From assembly GCA_963678315.1 (NCBI GenBank), contig OY782781.1, positions 2,016,001-2,080,000 of the forward strand: a DNA stretch of 64,000 bases, written 5' to 3'. Source of the DNA: Candidatus Cloacimonadales bacterium. Lineage in GTDB: Bacteria; Cloacimonadota; Cloacimonadia; Cloacimonadales; JAFGVF01. A model generated the notes under the pieces. It was not told where the DNA came from. It did no database searches and worked only from the letters and a program-made list of their open reading frames with translations. Shown here one piece after another: positions 19,436 through 28,451 of the stretch. Both the position numbers and the translations under genes were made by a program. The number at the start of each line of letters is the position of its first letter. Positions within the stretch are counted from its first letter, which is position 1.

Positions 19436-20627
19436 AACTTACCCCACTTCCATAACAAGTATCTTCTAAGTCTGTAATCTTGTATCTAAGATATATTTTG
19501 CTCTTGATATAACTGATATCTATTCCTACTGTGTGCTGATTGTTCTCAATATCAAAATCATCATAAACAAGCATATTCTCATCAACTAGGAAGTTTGATT
19601 TGCCATAAGAAAGACTATACATCAAATTTATATAATCTGTTACTTGATAGTTTACTTTAAACTTAGCTGAAAGTTCATGCTTATCAAAGTTAGGAGTAAT
19701 ATAATCAAGATACTGATAATTAATAGAAGATGAAAGTTGGAGTTTTGAGAAGACAGGAGAATATCCTAAAGTAACTTGACTAACAGATAATGATTCCCAG
19801 TAAGAATAACTAGCTAGGAGAGATAAGATTGAGGAAAATTCTCTATGCTGAAGAGTAGATGTTATCTTAGAGGATGCTAAATAACTATCGTATAGCTTAT
19901 CGTAATCACCATCTAAATAACCAATCGCTAATTCAAAGCTAGTGTCGGCTATGTAATATGCTAAATCAATATTATAATAGTCTCGACTTATCTCATCATC
20001 ATTATATCTATTATAGTTCAATGCAATGCTTGCGTTAACAAAGTCAATAAAGTAAGCTGAATTAACTGTTTGTGTCTTTGAAGAAGCTTGATAGAATAAT
20101 TCTATATAATTATAAAGATAGTTATTCTTAAAAAACAGTTCTTCATCTAAAGGAGTAGAATCAAGGTAGTCGCTACTGATTAAATCAGTGTAAAGCATAG
20201 CATTCCTAATATCTCCTTTATAGTATTTTGACCATGCAATACCTGAATACTCAATATCTTTACTATCTGAATCCTTCAAGGCTTTATGATAATAATACAA
20301 ACTTTGAGAATAGTCCTTCTGCATAAAGAGAGCATAAGCATGTATTCTATCTAAGAGATAATTATCAATAGAGCTTGGGATGCTTGAGAAATGATTAATA
20401 ATTTCACTAAACTTCTGTTGTGCAGATAAAGAACTTAATAGCCCTATCCAACAAGCTTCATTATATGAATCTTCATTTAACAATGTTTTAAACTGTGCCT
20501 GAGAAAGTTGATATAATCCCATATTATAGTTTCTTTGTGCTTCATCCAATGTTAATGAAAAGATAAGGCTATATGACAACAGAAATAGTAGTAATACAAT
20601 CCTCTGCTTACTTAAATTTACTTTCAT
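19425..20627 (-). CDS. TPR plus probable outer-membrane beta-barrel protein
   Basis: Signal peptide, N-terminal TPR-like helices, C-terminal alternating aromatic beta strands ending GVSYAF (C-terminal Phe). Confidence 0.7.
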   Translation of the reverse strand: MKVNLSKQRIVLLLFLLSYSLIFSLTLDEAQRNYNMGLYQLSQAQFKTLLNEDSYNEACWIGLLSSLSAQQKFSEIINHFSSIPSSIDNYLLDRIHAYALFMQKDYSQSLYYYHKALKDSDSKDIEYSGIAWSKYYKGDIRNAMLYTDLISSDYLDSTPLDEELFFKNNYLYNYIELFYQASSKTQTVNSAYFIDFVNASIALNYNRYNDDEISRDYYNIDLAYYIADTSFELAIGYLDGDYDKLYDSYLASSKITSTLQHREFSSILSLLASYSYWESLSVSQVTLGYSPVFSKLQLSSSINYQYLDYITPNFDKHELSAKFKVNYQVTDYINLMYSLSYGKSNFLVDENMLVYDDFDIENNQHTVGIDISYIKSKIYLRYKITDLEDTCYGSGVSYAF

Positions 20628-21213
20628 AGGTTTTTACAAATTGATTATCAGGACTTAACTTTCTTAGTTTAGTAAAAATCTTCTTAGCGTCACTTAACTG
20701 ATTAGACTCAACTAAAGCACTAAGATAATATCCCATAGCGTCTAAGTTATAAGTATAAATCTCGTAGCCAGTTCCATAGTATTTAGCAGATTCAGCATAA
20801 TTGCCTTTAGCATAGTAAGAATATGCAATCTTACTAATAGCAAGATAATCTTTAGGGATTACTAATAGAACCTTGTTAGCTGTTTTAATAGTGTTATCCC
20901 AATCACCTAGATAGTAATAACTTGTTAATAATCCTTGTAAAGCATCAAAATTACTGTCTATCTCATAGCTCTTAGCGTAATAAGTTGTTGCATCTTGATA
21001 ATTACCTAATGAAATGTATAACCAACCTATTCTAAGGTTGAAGAATGCATTGTTTGGCTCTAAATGGCTTGCTGCTAACATATTTGTAAGTGCAACTTGG
21101 TAATTACCATTATATTCGTTTGTATAAGATGACCTGACATAATCATCAGTTTTACTTGCAAATACTATTGTCGAAATCATTAGAACTATTATTAGTAAAG
21201 TAATCTTTTTCAT
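20608..21213 (-). CDS. Exported TPR protein
   Basis: Signal peptide; TPR units (NLRIGWLYISLGNYQDA, IAYSYYAKGNYAESA). Confidence 0.85.
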   Translation of the reverse strand: MKKITLLIIVLMISTIVFASKTDDYVRSSYTNEYNGNYQVALTNMLAASHLEPNNAFFNLRIGWLYISLGNYQDATTYYAKSYEIDSNFDALQGLLTSYYYLGDWDNTIKTANKVLLVIPKDYLAISKIAYSYYAKGNYAESAKYYGTGYEIYTYNLDAMGYYLSALVESNQLSDAKKIFTKLRKLSPDNQFVKTYESKFK

Positions 21214-21218
21214 ATATT

Positions 21219-23366
21219 TTAATCCATCCTTAAATTAGCTTTGATAACTGTTTTATTATCTTTGTTTAATATCTCAATATCTGTAAAACCTGTCAATTCT
21301 TTTAAAGTTATCTTGCCTGAGTAACTTGAGATTGACTTGTTTAGAACACTGAAATTATTCTTAAATGAAGTTGTTACATTGTCCTTTGTTGGGGTTGATT
21401 TAGCTTTGTATTCAAGCTTTGAAAACTTGAATATTGACTGTAGAAATAGTAGAGTGCTCTCAAGAGTCGGGTTAGCAAGAATTGAATAAGGGGGATAATC
21501 ATTCCAGTTCAACTCTTCATCCTTATATAGTGGTAATCTACAAAGAGATAAGGCTAATCCATGGAGAGCAGATTTCTTGTTACCTGTGAAGTTTAGTACA
21601 TTAAATATGCCATCATAAACAGAAAACTCTAAAGAAGCATTTCTATCAGACTTTATAAAGAATGAACCATAAAGATTAACATCAACCTTCCATTTCTCAG
21701 TAAACTTCTTTCCGTAAGCTTCTACTTCATAAACAGCTTCATCATCTACTTTAAGGTGCAGTACATCTTGTAAGTAGTTAACAGGGAAAAGGGGAGATAC
21801 TATATCATCCTTTTTAGGTATGTCATAAGCTTTAAACATATAGTCATCAGCCTTTTTCTTAAAGTTAATTAAGAAAGACTTCACGGTAACACTACCAGGC
21901 TCTGCTCCATACTGAATATTAAAATGCAAATGTGGAACTGCTGACCTACCAGAATTACCGACTACACCAAGTTTAGCACCTTTAGCAACCCATTCACCAT
22001 TCTTAAATTTAAGACTACCCTTTTTTAAGTGACAATACATTGAGTAAAGTCCATAGCCATGATTCAAGACAATGAAGTTACCCCAGCGTTCTCTTGTATT
22101 AATCTGTCCAACAGGGTTATCTGCAATCCCATCAGCAAGATTTACAACCCAACCACCAGCTGAACTGAGAACAGGTTTATTGTAGCAGAAGTAATCTGTA
22201 ACTACTTTACCATCGTTCTTAGCTTGATAGCCTTCTTTATCCTTGATCTCGAAATCCCATGCATAAGCCCATTGCTCTTTATGTGTTATTTCTCCATGGT
22301 TACCTTGAGTGATGGTCCATTCCCCAGTAAATGGTAAATAGAATTGTGGACCTCCTCCATCATAGAATCGTTTAATTCTAGAAAAATAGAATTTTAAATT
22401 CTCTTCTGGAAGCATAACACCAAAGTCAGCTATGTAAGGGTTTTTGTTTTGTAGTCTCATTCTTAATGCGATAATAATGAAGATAACTGTTAGATTCATT
22501 GGGAAAGCATAAGGTGCTACATAATAATTCTCGAACAAGAATTGCATAGCGTAAGAGGTAATAAAGCCTAAGAAACAAGCAAATATAGCTATTAAATACG
22601 ACCTCAAAGATGGGATTAAAAATACACCACCAATACTCATAGCAATAAGCATTAAGTTGAATGACGTGTATGATATTTGATATAATCCGATATCCTGAAA
22701 GTCTGTAAGGTTAAATCTATTTACAAGGAAGTAGCTCAAATAAAAGCCCATCATGGTTAGAATAAAACCTATTCTAGAGGTAAGAATAAGTGCAATAAGA
22801 ACCAGTATTCCAGCTAATATATAGGGCTGGAAGAATATACTACCTAAACTTTTCAGGTAGAAGTTTATCATATTGCTAGATGTAGGCATTATATTAATAA
22901 TCGCCTCACGTTCTTGACTAACCAAGAACTGTCCAACTCTCATCATAAAGAAGGAAAGGAGGATTGCAACAACCGAGAAGGATAAACTCATCGAGGGCAT
23001 TCTTAGATAAGTCGTTGTAAGATAGTTTAAAGCAATGAATAGTAAGAGTGCTATCAAGGAACCACTAACTAAAGCAAGCCAATATTCCAAGCTTCCTATT
23101 AGCTGATTAGGCATATAGAAACCTACCCCTAAACTTACCAGCATGCTATTAAATGCTAGTAATCCTGATTTAGAATTCCAGTCTTCAAAGTTTAACAATC
23201 TTGCAACAACTAATGCTATTATTGTTCCTAAAATACCAGTTATACCAGTTCTAGGTTCAACAAGAGTACTTAATAGAATCAATAACCCTACTATATATTT
23301 ATCGCTAAATAAAATAGTAGAGTATGTATTGATTATAGATTTACTTAGGTTAAGTATTATATTCAT
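21219..23366 (-). CDS. Urea-transporter-like membrane domain fused to an M23 metallopeptidase and a C-terminal unknown domain
   Basis: ~10 TM with UT-like pattern (STILF, GLLAFNSML, GSIFFQ, PYAFP); M23 motifs TH...AWD, GNFIVLNH, YCHL, GNSGRSAVPHLHF. Confidence 0.8.
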   Translation of the reverse strand: MNIILNLSKSIINTYSTILFSDKYIVGLLILLSTLVEPRTGITGILGTIIALVVARLLNFEDWNSKSGLLAFNSMLVSLGVGFYMPNQLIGSLEYWLALVSGSLIALLLFIALNYLTTTYLRMPSMSLSFSVVAILLSFFMMRVGQFLVSQEREAIINIMPTSSNMINFYLKSLGSIFFQPYILAGILVLIALILTSRIGFILTMMGFYLSYFLVNRFNLTDFQDIGLYQISYTSFNLMLIAMSIGGVFLIPSLRSYLIAIFACFLGFITSYAMQFLFENYYVAPYAFPMNLTVIFIIIALRMRLQNKNPYIADFGVMLPEENLKFYFSRIKRFYDGGGPQFYLPFTGEWTITQGNHGEITHKEQWAYAWDFEIKDKEGYQAKNDGKVVTDYFCYNKPVLSSAGGWVVNLADGIADNPVGQINTRERWGNFIVLNHGYGLYSMYCHLKKGSLKFKNGEWVAKGAKLGVVGNSGRSAVPHLHFNIQYGAEPGSVTVKSFLINFKKKADDYMFKAYDIPKKDDIVSPLFPVNYLQDVLHLKVDDEAVYEVEAYGKKFTEKWKVDVNLYGSFFIKSDRNASLEFSVYDGIFNVLNFTGNKKSALHGLALSLCRLPLYKDEELNWNDYPPYSILANPTLESTLLFLQSIFKFSKLEYKAKSTPTKDNVTTSFKNNFSVLNKSISSYSGKITLKELTGFTDIEILNKDNKTVIKANLRMD

Positions 23367-23375
23367 AATTATTAA

Positions 23376-24728
23376 TTATAATGATCTTAAATATTCAGGT
23401 ATTTTCTCTTGTCTGTTGATATCTTCTAAAACTTCTTTGCTTCTGATTTCATAAGTTTCACCTGTTTCTGAAACAAGAACTACAGCAGGTCTGTACTCAA
23501 TAAACTGCATCCATTGGGTCACATTGTAAGCACCTACTGGATGTACAATAAGTTTATCACCAACTTTTAAATCAGGATAAGGTGTAGCATGTTTAACTAT
23601 GTCGATATTCATACATAGAGGACCATAGAAGACAGTTGATAGAGAGGTTCCTGAAGTTGGTTGTGCAGGAAGAACTTTAAGATTATACCACCAAGTAGTA
23701 AATAAGATATTTACACCTGCGTCAATAATTACAGCTCTTTGACCAGAAGCTAAGTCTTTTTTAGCTAATACAGAGGTAATAAGAGTTCCTGATTCGTCAA
23801 CCAGTGTTCTACCTGTTTCTAGAATCAGTTTTGGTTTTTCATCGATAGCAAACTTTGATTCATTAAATGCTTTTCCTATTGCTGAAGCGTATTGGTCATA
23901 AGAAGGTGAAGCAAATTCCCCTGGTGTATACTGATTATGAAGAGTGTTCTTAGAAGCGAATCCACCACCTAAATCAATGTATTCAACTGTAATACCTAGA
24001 TTATCTTTGATATTTTGAGCTAATGTTAAGAGCTTTGAAGCTGAAATATAGTAAGGGTTTGCATCAAGCATAAATGTTCCGATATGAGCATGAAGACCTA
24101 TTAGTTCGAGTTTATCTGCAGTAATTAATCTTTGAACAGTTCTGTAAGCTTCGCCATTATCATAGTTGAATCCAAATCTTTGCCATTGAGGATATATTCC
24201 TGTGTCCATGTTGATTCTAATTGCAACTTTAGGTTTTATGCCTAGTTCTTCTGCAACTTCTTCAAGTAAAAGAAGCTCATTGAAATGGTCTATATGCACA
24301 GTTACATCATCTTCTAGAACTGTTATTAAATCTTCCTTTCTTTTTCCAGGACCATTAAATATAATATCTTTGCCTTCAACACCTAAATGTTTTGCCATAT
24401 CATATTCCATGATACTAACTATCTCTGCTTTTGCTCCCTCTTGATGGAATATTGAGCAGATTGCGCCCAAATAGTTAGTTTTGTATGACCACGATACTTC
24501 TGAATTAGGATAATATTCTCTTATAATGGACTGAAGCTCTCTGTAACTATCACGCATTTTATTCTCTGAAAAGACAAAGAGTGGAGAACCATATTTCTTA
24601 ACTAATTCAGTAACTTCTATACCGTTAACATGTGTCTGGTAGTTAATTCTATTTTTACTATATGCTATTTTATTGCTTATGCCTGCTTGATTTCTTTGTA
24701 TTCTAGGTGGATTATATTTCTTTTTCAT
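23376..24728 (-). CDS. Fold-type III PLP-dependent decarboxylase (LysA/ODC-like) with N-terminal extension
   Basis: SYKTNY (PLP Lys), FNGPGK, HAHIG, DLGGGF, LETGR, GPLCMNID, GAY. Confidence 0.88.
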   Translation of the reverse strand: MKKKYNPPRIQRNQAGISNKIAYSKNRINYQTHVNGIEVTELVKKYGSPLFVFSENKMRDSYRELQSIIREYYPNSEVSWSYKTNYLGAICSIFHQEGAKAEIVSIMEYDMAKHLGVEGKDIIFNGPGKRKEDLITVLEDDVTVHIDHFNELLLLEEVAEELGIKPKVAIRINMDTGIYPQWQRFGFNYDNGEAYRTVQRLITADKLELIGLHAHIGTFMLDANPYYISASKLLTLAQNIKDNLGITVEYIDLGGGFASKNTLHNQYTPGEFASPSYDQYASAIGKAFNESKFAIDEKPKLILETGRTLVDESGTLITSVLAKKDLASGQRAVIIDAGVNILFTTWWYNLKVLPAQPTSGTSLSTVFYGPLCMNIDIVKHATPYPDLKVGDKLIVHPVGAYNVTQWMQFIEYRPAVVLVSETGETYEIRSKEVLEDINRQEKIPEYLRSL

Positions 24729-25803
24729 TTTTTACTCCTTTAATTAATTCTCCCATTGATGATAATTGTCCCATTACATCGATGCTGGAAATAATATCTT
24801 CTGCGTGTCTAATGAATATAGTTCCTGTTTTGAACTCTTTCATTGGATCTACATGTTCATTTAAGGCTAATTTAAAGACCATGGCTGGTAGATTCTGTCC
24901 AGCACCTTCTGCTAGTTTTATCCATGCTGGGAATCTTGGATTTATCTCAATCAAATAGAAGTTATCTTGGTGGTCTTTAATTAATTCAAGTTCACATGGA
25001 CCTCTCCATGATATTGCCTTAATAACATCTTCTGCAAATTTGTTCAATAATGGATTGTTTACAACAACGCCACCAAATCCTTTACCTTTATCAGTGATGA
25101 TTAGTTTTCTTTGTGGAATCATTCCAAGAATGTTACCTTGACCATCACCAACTAATGATATATTGAATTCATCCCCAATTACAGCTTCTTGTGCTAGTAC
25201 TGGAAGCCCCCATTTGTTCTTTATAAGATTGAAGTAATATAGTACATCATTAATGTTGTTAGCCTTATAAGCTTCATAGAAGTTACCTTTTATATACATA
25301 GGAAAATTCATCTTATATTCAAGGCTGTATACTTGAGCTATATCAGTGACATATTCAGTGTGGGGAACATTAATTCCCTTGTCTGGTAGAATTCTAAATA
25401 TTTTAGACTTGTCACGCATTAAGAGTTGTTCTTCAGAAGGAAGGTAAACTTTAATTCCTCTCTTGTTCAATTCTTTCTCAAGTCTAATATAGCCAATGAT
25501 TTCAGAATCTAAAGTTGGAATAAGAACATCAATCTTAGTTTTAGTAAGTATGTAATCTAGCCTGGATAATATTGCGTCTTTACCGTCAGCTGGGTAAGGC
25601 ATCTGATAAATTTCTTGAGCTAAATCATCAACATAAACACCAGACTCAAGATTGTCATAGATTAAACCAACAATCTTCCCTTTAAAACCAGCATTTCTAA
25701 TAGATCTGATTATAGGAACACCTGGTTGAGGATTATCGCCAGTCTTAAGACCTGTCACTGCTAAAACTAAATCTTCATGAGATAATTTAATACACATTTC
25801 CAC
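24712..25803 (-). CDS. ATP-grasp ligase (start may be ATG 25797)
   Basis: LIPTLDSE, RDKSK, FPMYIKG, LAQEAVIGDEF, WRGPCELE, LIEINPRF. Confidence 0.88.
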   Translation of the reverse strand: MEMCIKLSHEDLVLAVTGLKTGDNPQPGVPIIRSIRNAGFKGKIVGLIYDNLESGVYVDDLAQEIYQMPYPADGKDAILSRLDYILTKTKIDVLIPTLDSEIIGYIRLEKELNKRGIKVYLPSEEQLLMRDKSKIFRILPDKGINVPHTEYVTDIAQVYSLEYKMNFPMYIKGNFYEAYKANNINDVLYYFNLIKNKWGLPVLAQEAVIGDEFNISLVGDGQGNILGMIPQRKLIITDKGKGFGGVVVNNPLLNKFAEDVIKAISWRGPCELELIKDHQDNFYLIEINPRFPAWIKLAEGAGQNLPAMVFKLALNEHVDPMKEFKTGTIFIRHAEDIISSIDVMGQLSSMGELIKGVKNEKEI

Positions 25804-26047
25804 TATCCACTAAATTATAGTTTTCTAATACTCTAAAAAAGTATTCAACATCACTAACCGCTTCATCGTAGTTAGTCTCATATTCTGAAACTAAATACTG
25901 AGCTATTTCTTCAATATCTTTGCCAGCAATCAAGTTTTCTAATATGCAAATTGCTGTGTCGTTAGCATTATAACTATAACCGGTAGCAGGATCAAAAATA
26001 AATCCGTTTTGGTTTATAGCCAAAGAGTCTAGTTTATTAGTTCTCAT
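25787..26047 (-). CDS. PqqD-family / RiPP recognition element-like small protein
   Basis: 86 aa; FIFDPATGYSYNANDTAICIL...EEIAQYLVSEYE...AVSDVEYFFRVLENYNLV fits the PqqD wHTH pattern; AGAGG RBS. Confidence 0.85.
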   Translation of the reverse strand: MRTNKLDSLAINQNGFIFDPATGYSYNANDTAICILENLIAGKDIEEIAQYLVSEYETNYDEAVSDVEYFFRVLENYNLVDSGNVY

Positions 26048-26083
26048 AAATACCTCTGCATTAATTTATTTGAAAATAGATAA

Positions 26084-26100
26084 TGCAGTTTGTATTCCAA
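26084..26100 (-). promoter_or_regulatory. Candidate sigma54 -24/-12 promoter
   Basis: Minus strand TTGGAATACAAACTGCA = GG-N10-GC, about 37 nt upstream of the PqqD-like start. Confidence 0.5.
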
Positions 26101-26146
26101 AGATATTGAAAATACATTTAAAGTAGAAAAATATGCTACATAAAAA

Positions 26147-27589
26147 TTACAGTTTTAATTTTTGTCCCGGATAAATGAACACTACTCCATTGGATTTCTT
26201 TTTGAGCTTGTTTACCTGAATAAGTCTAGATACCTTTATATTAAGCTTTTTTGATATAGAACTTAAGGAATCTCCTTTTTTTACTACGTATTCTTTGTTA
26301 CTGGAATAAGTAACATTACCGTATAGCTTTAGTTTTTGACCAGGTTTTATCATATTGCTCTTGAGTCCATTTAACTCCATTACTTTGTTTACTGTAGTAT
26401 GATATTTTCTTGCAATATCATAAAGGTTGTCTCCTTTTTTTACAATATGATGAGTGAAGTATCCAGCATTCTTGTTAAGAAAAGACTTTTCTATCTTCGC
26501 TACTAGTAAACTGTCTGATATAGAATTATGAGGTATAAGGATGTTGAAGTGTCCTTCTGGTAAAACCACATCGTTAACAGCAGAATATTTCTGTCGTGCT
26601 CTTCTATAAATTTTAATCCATGGGTTAAGTTCATATACTTTCCCGATGGAAGTTCCTTGAGCTTTTGCCCAAGAATCTATTTTATAGTGACCATTAAGTT
26701 GTAAATTTATTACTTTTGTAGTTGATAGGAGTGACGGATCCTTCTCGAACTGTTTAGAGAAGATCTTTTCTTCATTATCAAAGATATATTTTATAGCAAT
26801 TGCTTTCCAAACATATTCATTTGTTTCTTCTGTCTTAAATATTAGATCTTCGAATCTTGTTCCACCTTGAGCAGTGAGAACTTTGTTTACAGAACCCATA
26901 CCTGCATTATAAGCACAAAAGGATAATAACCAATCTGTTGAACCTTTTCTTTTGAAGTATCTATACATATCATTAAGGAAATCACAAGCAGCTTGTGTTG
27001 ATTTGTAAATATCTCTTCGCTCGTCAATAAAGTCATTAACCTTAAGTTTATATTCACGTGCAGTAGCAGGCATTATCTGCCAAATACCATCAGCTCCGGC
27101 ATGAGAATGAGCACTATAGGTTAACTTGCTTTCTGCAACAGCTAAATATTTAGCATCCAATGGAATATTGTTCTTAGTAAATAGTGAATCCATAATTGAA
27201 AAATATAAACCAGACTTAGGAATAAATCTCGCTGCCGATCTAAGCTCATTCTTATAAGCTTTTTTGAATCTTACTAAGTTGCGTTCATTGGTTAAATCAA
27301 TTTCTTGGTCTGCAAAATATACCTTTGTTGGGAATCCGACATCACTCACTACAATATTATCTTTCAATTTGCTGATTTCGAATGCCAGTGAATCTATTAG
27401 GTCTTCTTTAACTTCTAATTCTGTGTAAAGGGAATCAATAGTATGCTTATAGCTTAATTCAATTTGTTCTAATGATTTTTCGTCTTTCTGGATCTGGCTT
27501 TCCTCAGAATGTTTTATCTGCTTGTTGATGTTAGAACAAGCGATTACGGACATAAATAATAATATAATAAACAATTTAATGATTTTCAC
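26147..27589 (-). CDS. MltD-like lytic transglycosylase lipoprotein with two LysM domains
   Basis: Lipobox VIAC; LAVAES, AGADGIWQIM, AYNAG, ET; LysM HIVKKGDNL and YVVKKGDSL. Confidence 0.9.
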   Translation of the reverse strand: MKIIKLFIILLFMSVIACSNINKQIKHSEESQIQKDEKSLEQIELSYKHTIDSLYTELEVKEDLIDSLAFEISKLKDNIVVSDVGFPTKVYFADQEIDLTNERNLVRFKKAYKNELRSAARFIPKSGLYFSIMDSLFTKNNIPLDAKYLAVAESKLTYSAHSHAGADGIWQIMPATAREYKLKVNDFIDERRDIYKSTQAACDFLNDMYRYFKRKGSTDWLLSFCAYNAGMGSVNKVLTAQGGTRFEDLIFKTEETNEYVWKAIAIKYIFDNEEKIFSKQFEKDPSLLSTTKVINLQLNGHYKIDSWAKAQGTSIGKVYELNPWIKIYRRARQKYSAVNDVVLPEGHFNILIPHNSISDSLLVAKIEKSFLNKNAGYFTHHIVKKGDNLYDIARKYHTTVNKVMELNGLKSNMIKPGQKLKLYGNVTYSSNKEYVVKKGDSLSSISKKLNIKVSRLIQVNKLKKKSNGVVFIYPGQKLKL

Positions 27590-27771
27590 ATTTCCTCACA
27601 TTTAATAATTTAGACTAGTGTACAATGATAATTCATAAATATTTTAGTTTATAAATAAGTAAATATATTTTTTTGAAGCAGCTTGTAGGAAGGTTAATAA
27701 TTGTAATTTCATTAAATTTCTCTGAACAGGACTAATACCAAAGCTAGGTAAAACTTTACTGCTAGAAGGAA

Positions 27772-28323
27772 GGAACGCGGACACTCCGAATTTGATGAAA
27801 CTTGTTGAGTCAAATGAAGGTTGGTCCGCTTTAAAAGGTCTTTCCTCGATGGAAAGAGCTTTTAATAAATCATATACTCTTTGTTTTATTCTTACCTTTC
27901 AAACATCGAATTTGAAAGCTAAGAAGCGGATCAAGTATCCACGTTCCGTCAACTGTAGCTTTAGCTAACAGCTACCCATGATTGAAATCATGGGCTTTGG
28001 ATAATTTACCCCGTTGGGGTATTATGAACAAACTGGGACCGTGTGAAACTCAGACTTATAGCTACAATCCTAAATCCATTGATACCCTGTATGGGTTAAT
28101 CAACAAAGAGCCCTGGGTTTTAACCCTGGGTGATCATAGAAGTGTTTGAGACGTTATGCCTAACGTCTCTTCTAATTCACTTATAACGATGTTCTAAGTG
28201 AAGCCAGCACGGAGGCTGGGAATCCCATTACTAGGCCAAACTCTAACTCCTCACTCCTCACCTCTAACTCCTGTCTTACTAGCCTCATTGAAAAATCGGC
28301 TTTTTTTCAAGGAGACCAGTAAG
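27772..28323. repeat. Mosaic palindromic intergenic element, copy B
   Basis: Nested palindrome 27772-27947; hairpins CCCATGATTGAAATCATGGG, ACCCCGTTGGGGT, GAGACGTTA/TAACGTCTC; 28174-28323 is an inverted homolog of 16649-16789. Confidence 0.85.
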
Positions 28324-28358
28324 GAAGAGGTGAGGATCTATATTTTTTTACAAAAATA

Positions 28359-28387
28359 TTGACACAGTAATTACAAATAAATATTGT
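28359..28387 (+). promoter_or_regulatory. Putative sigma70 promoter of mutA
   Basis: TTGACA, 17 nt, TATTGT; GGGAG RBS before ATG 28452. Confidence 0.5.
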
Positions 28388-28451
28388 CTTATAAATCATT
28401 AATTGATGTGATTATTAATGTTAAATAACATAAAAATCAGGGAGTTAGCTT

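Noticed and set aside
26048..26146. RiPP precursor ORF upstream of the PqqD-like gene
   Set aside because: The 99-bp gap holds promoter-like signals and no credible ORF
27600..28450. Cobalamin riboswitch upstream of mutAB
   Set aside because: No B12-box or GGGAA...GCCACTG pattern; the region is explained by palindromic repeat modules, and the likely promoter is downstream of them
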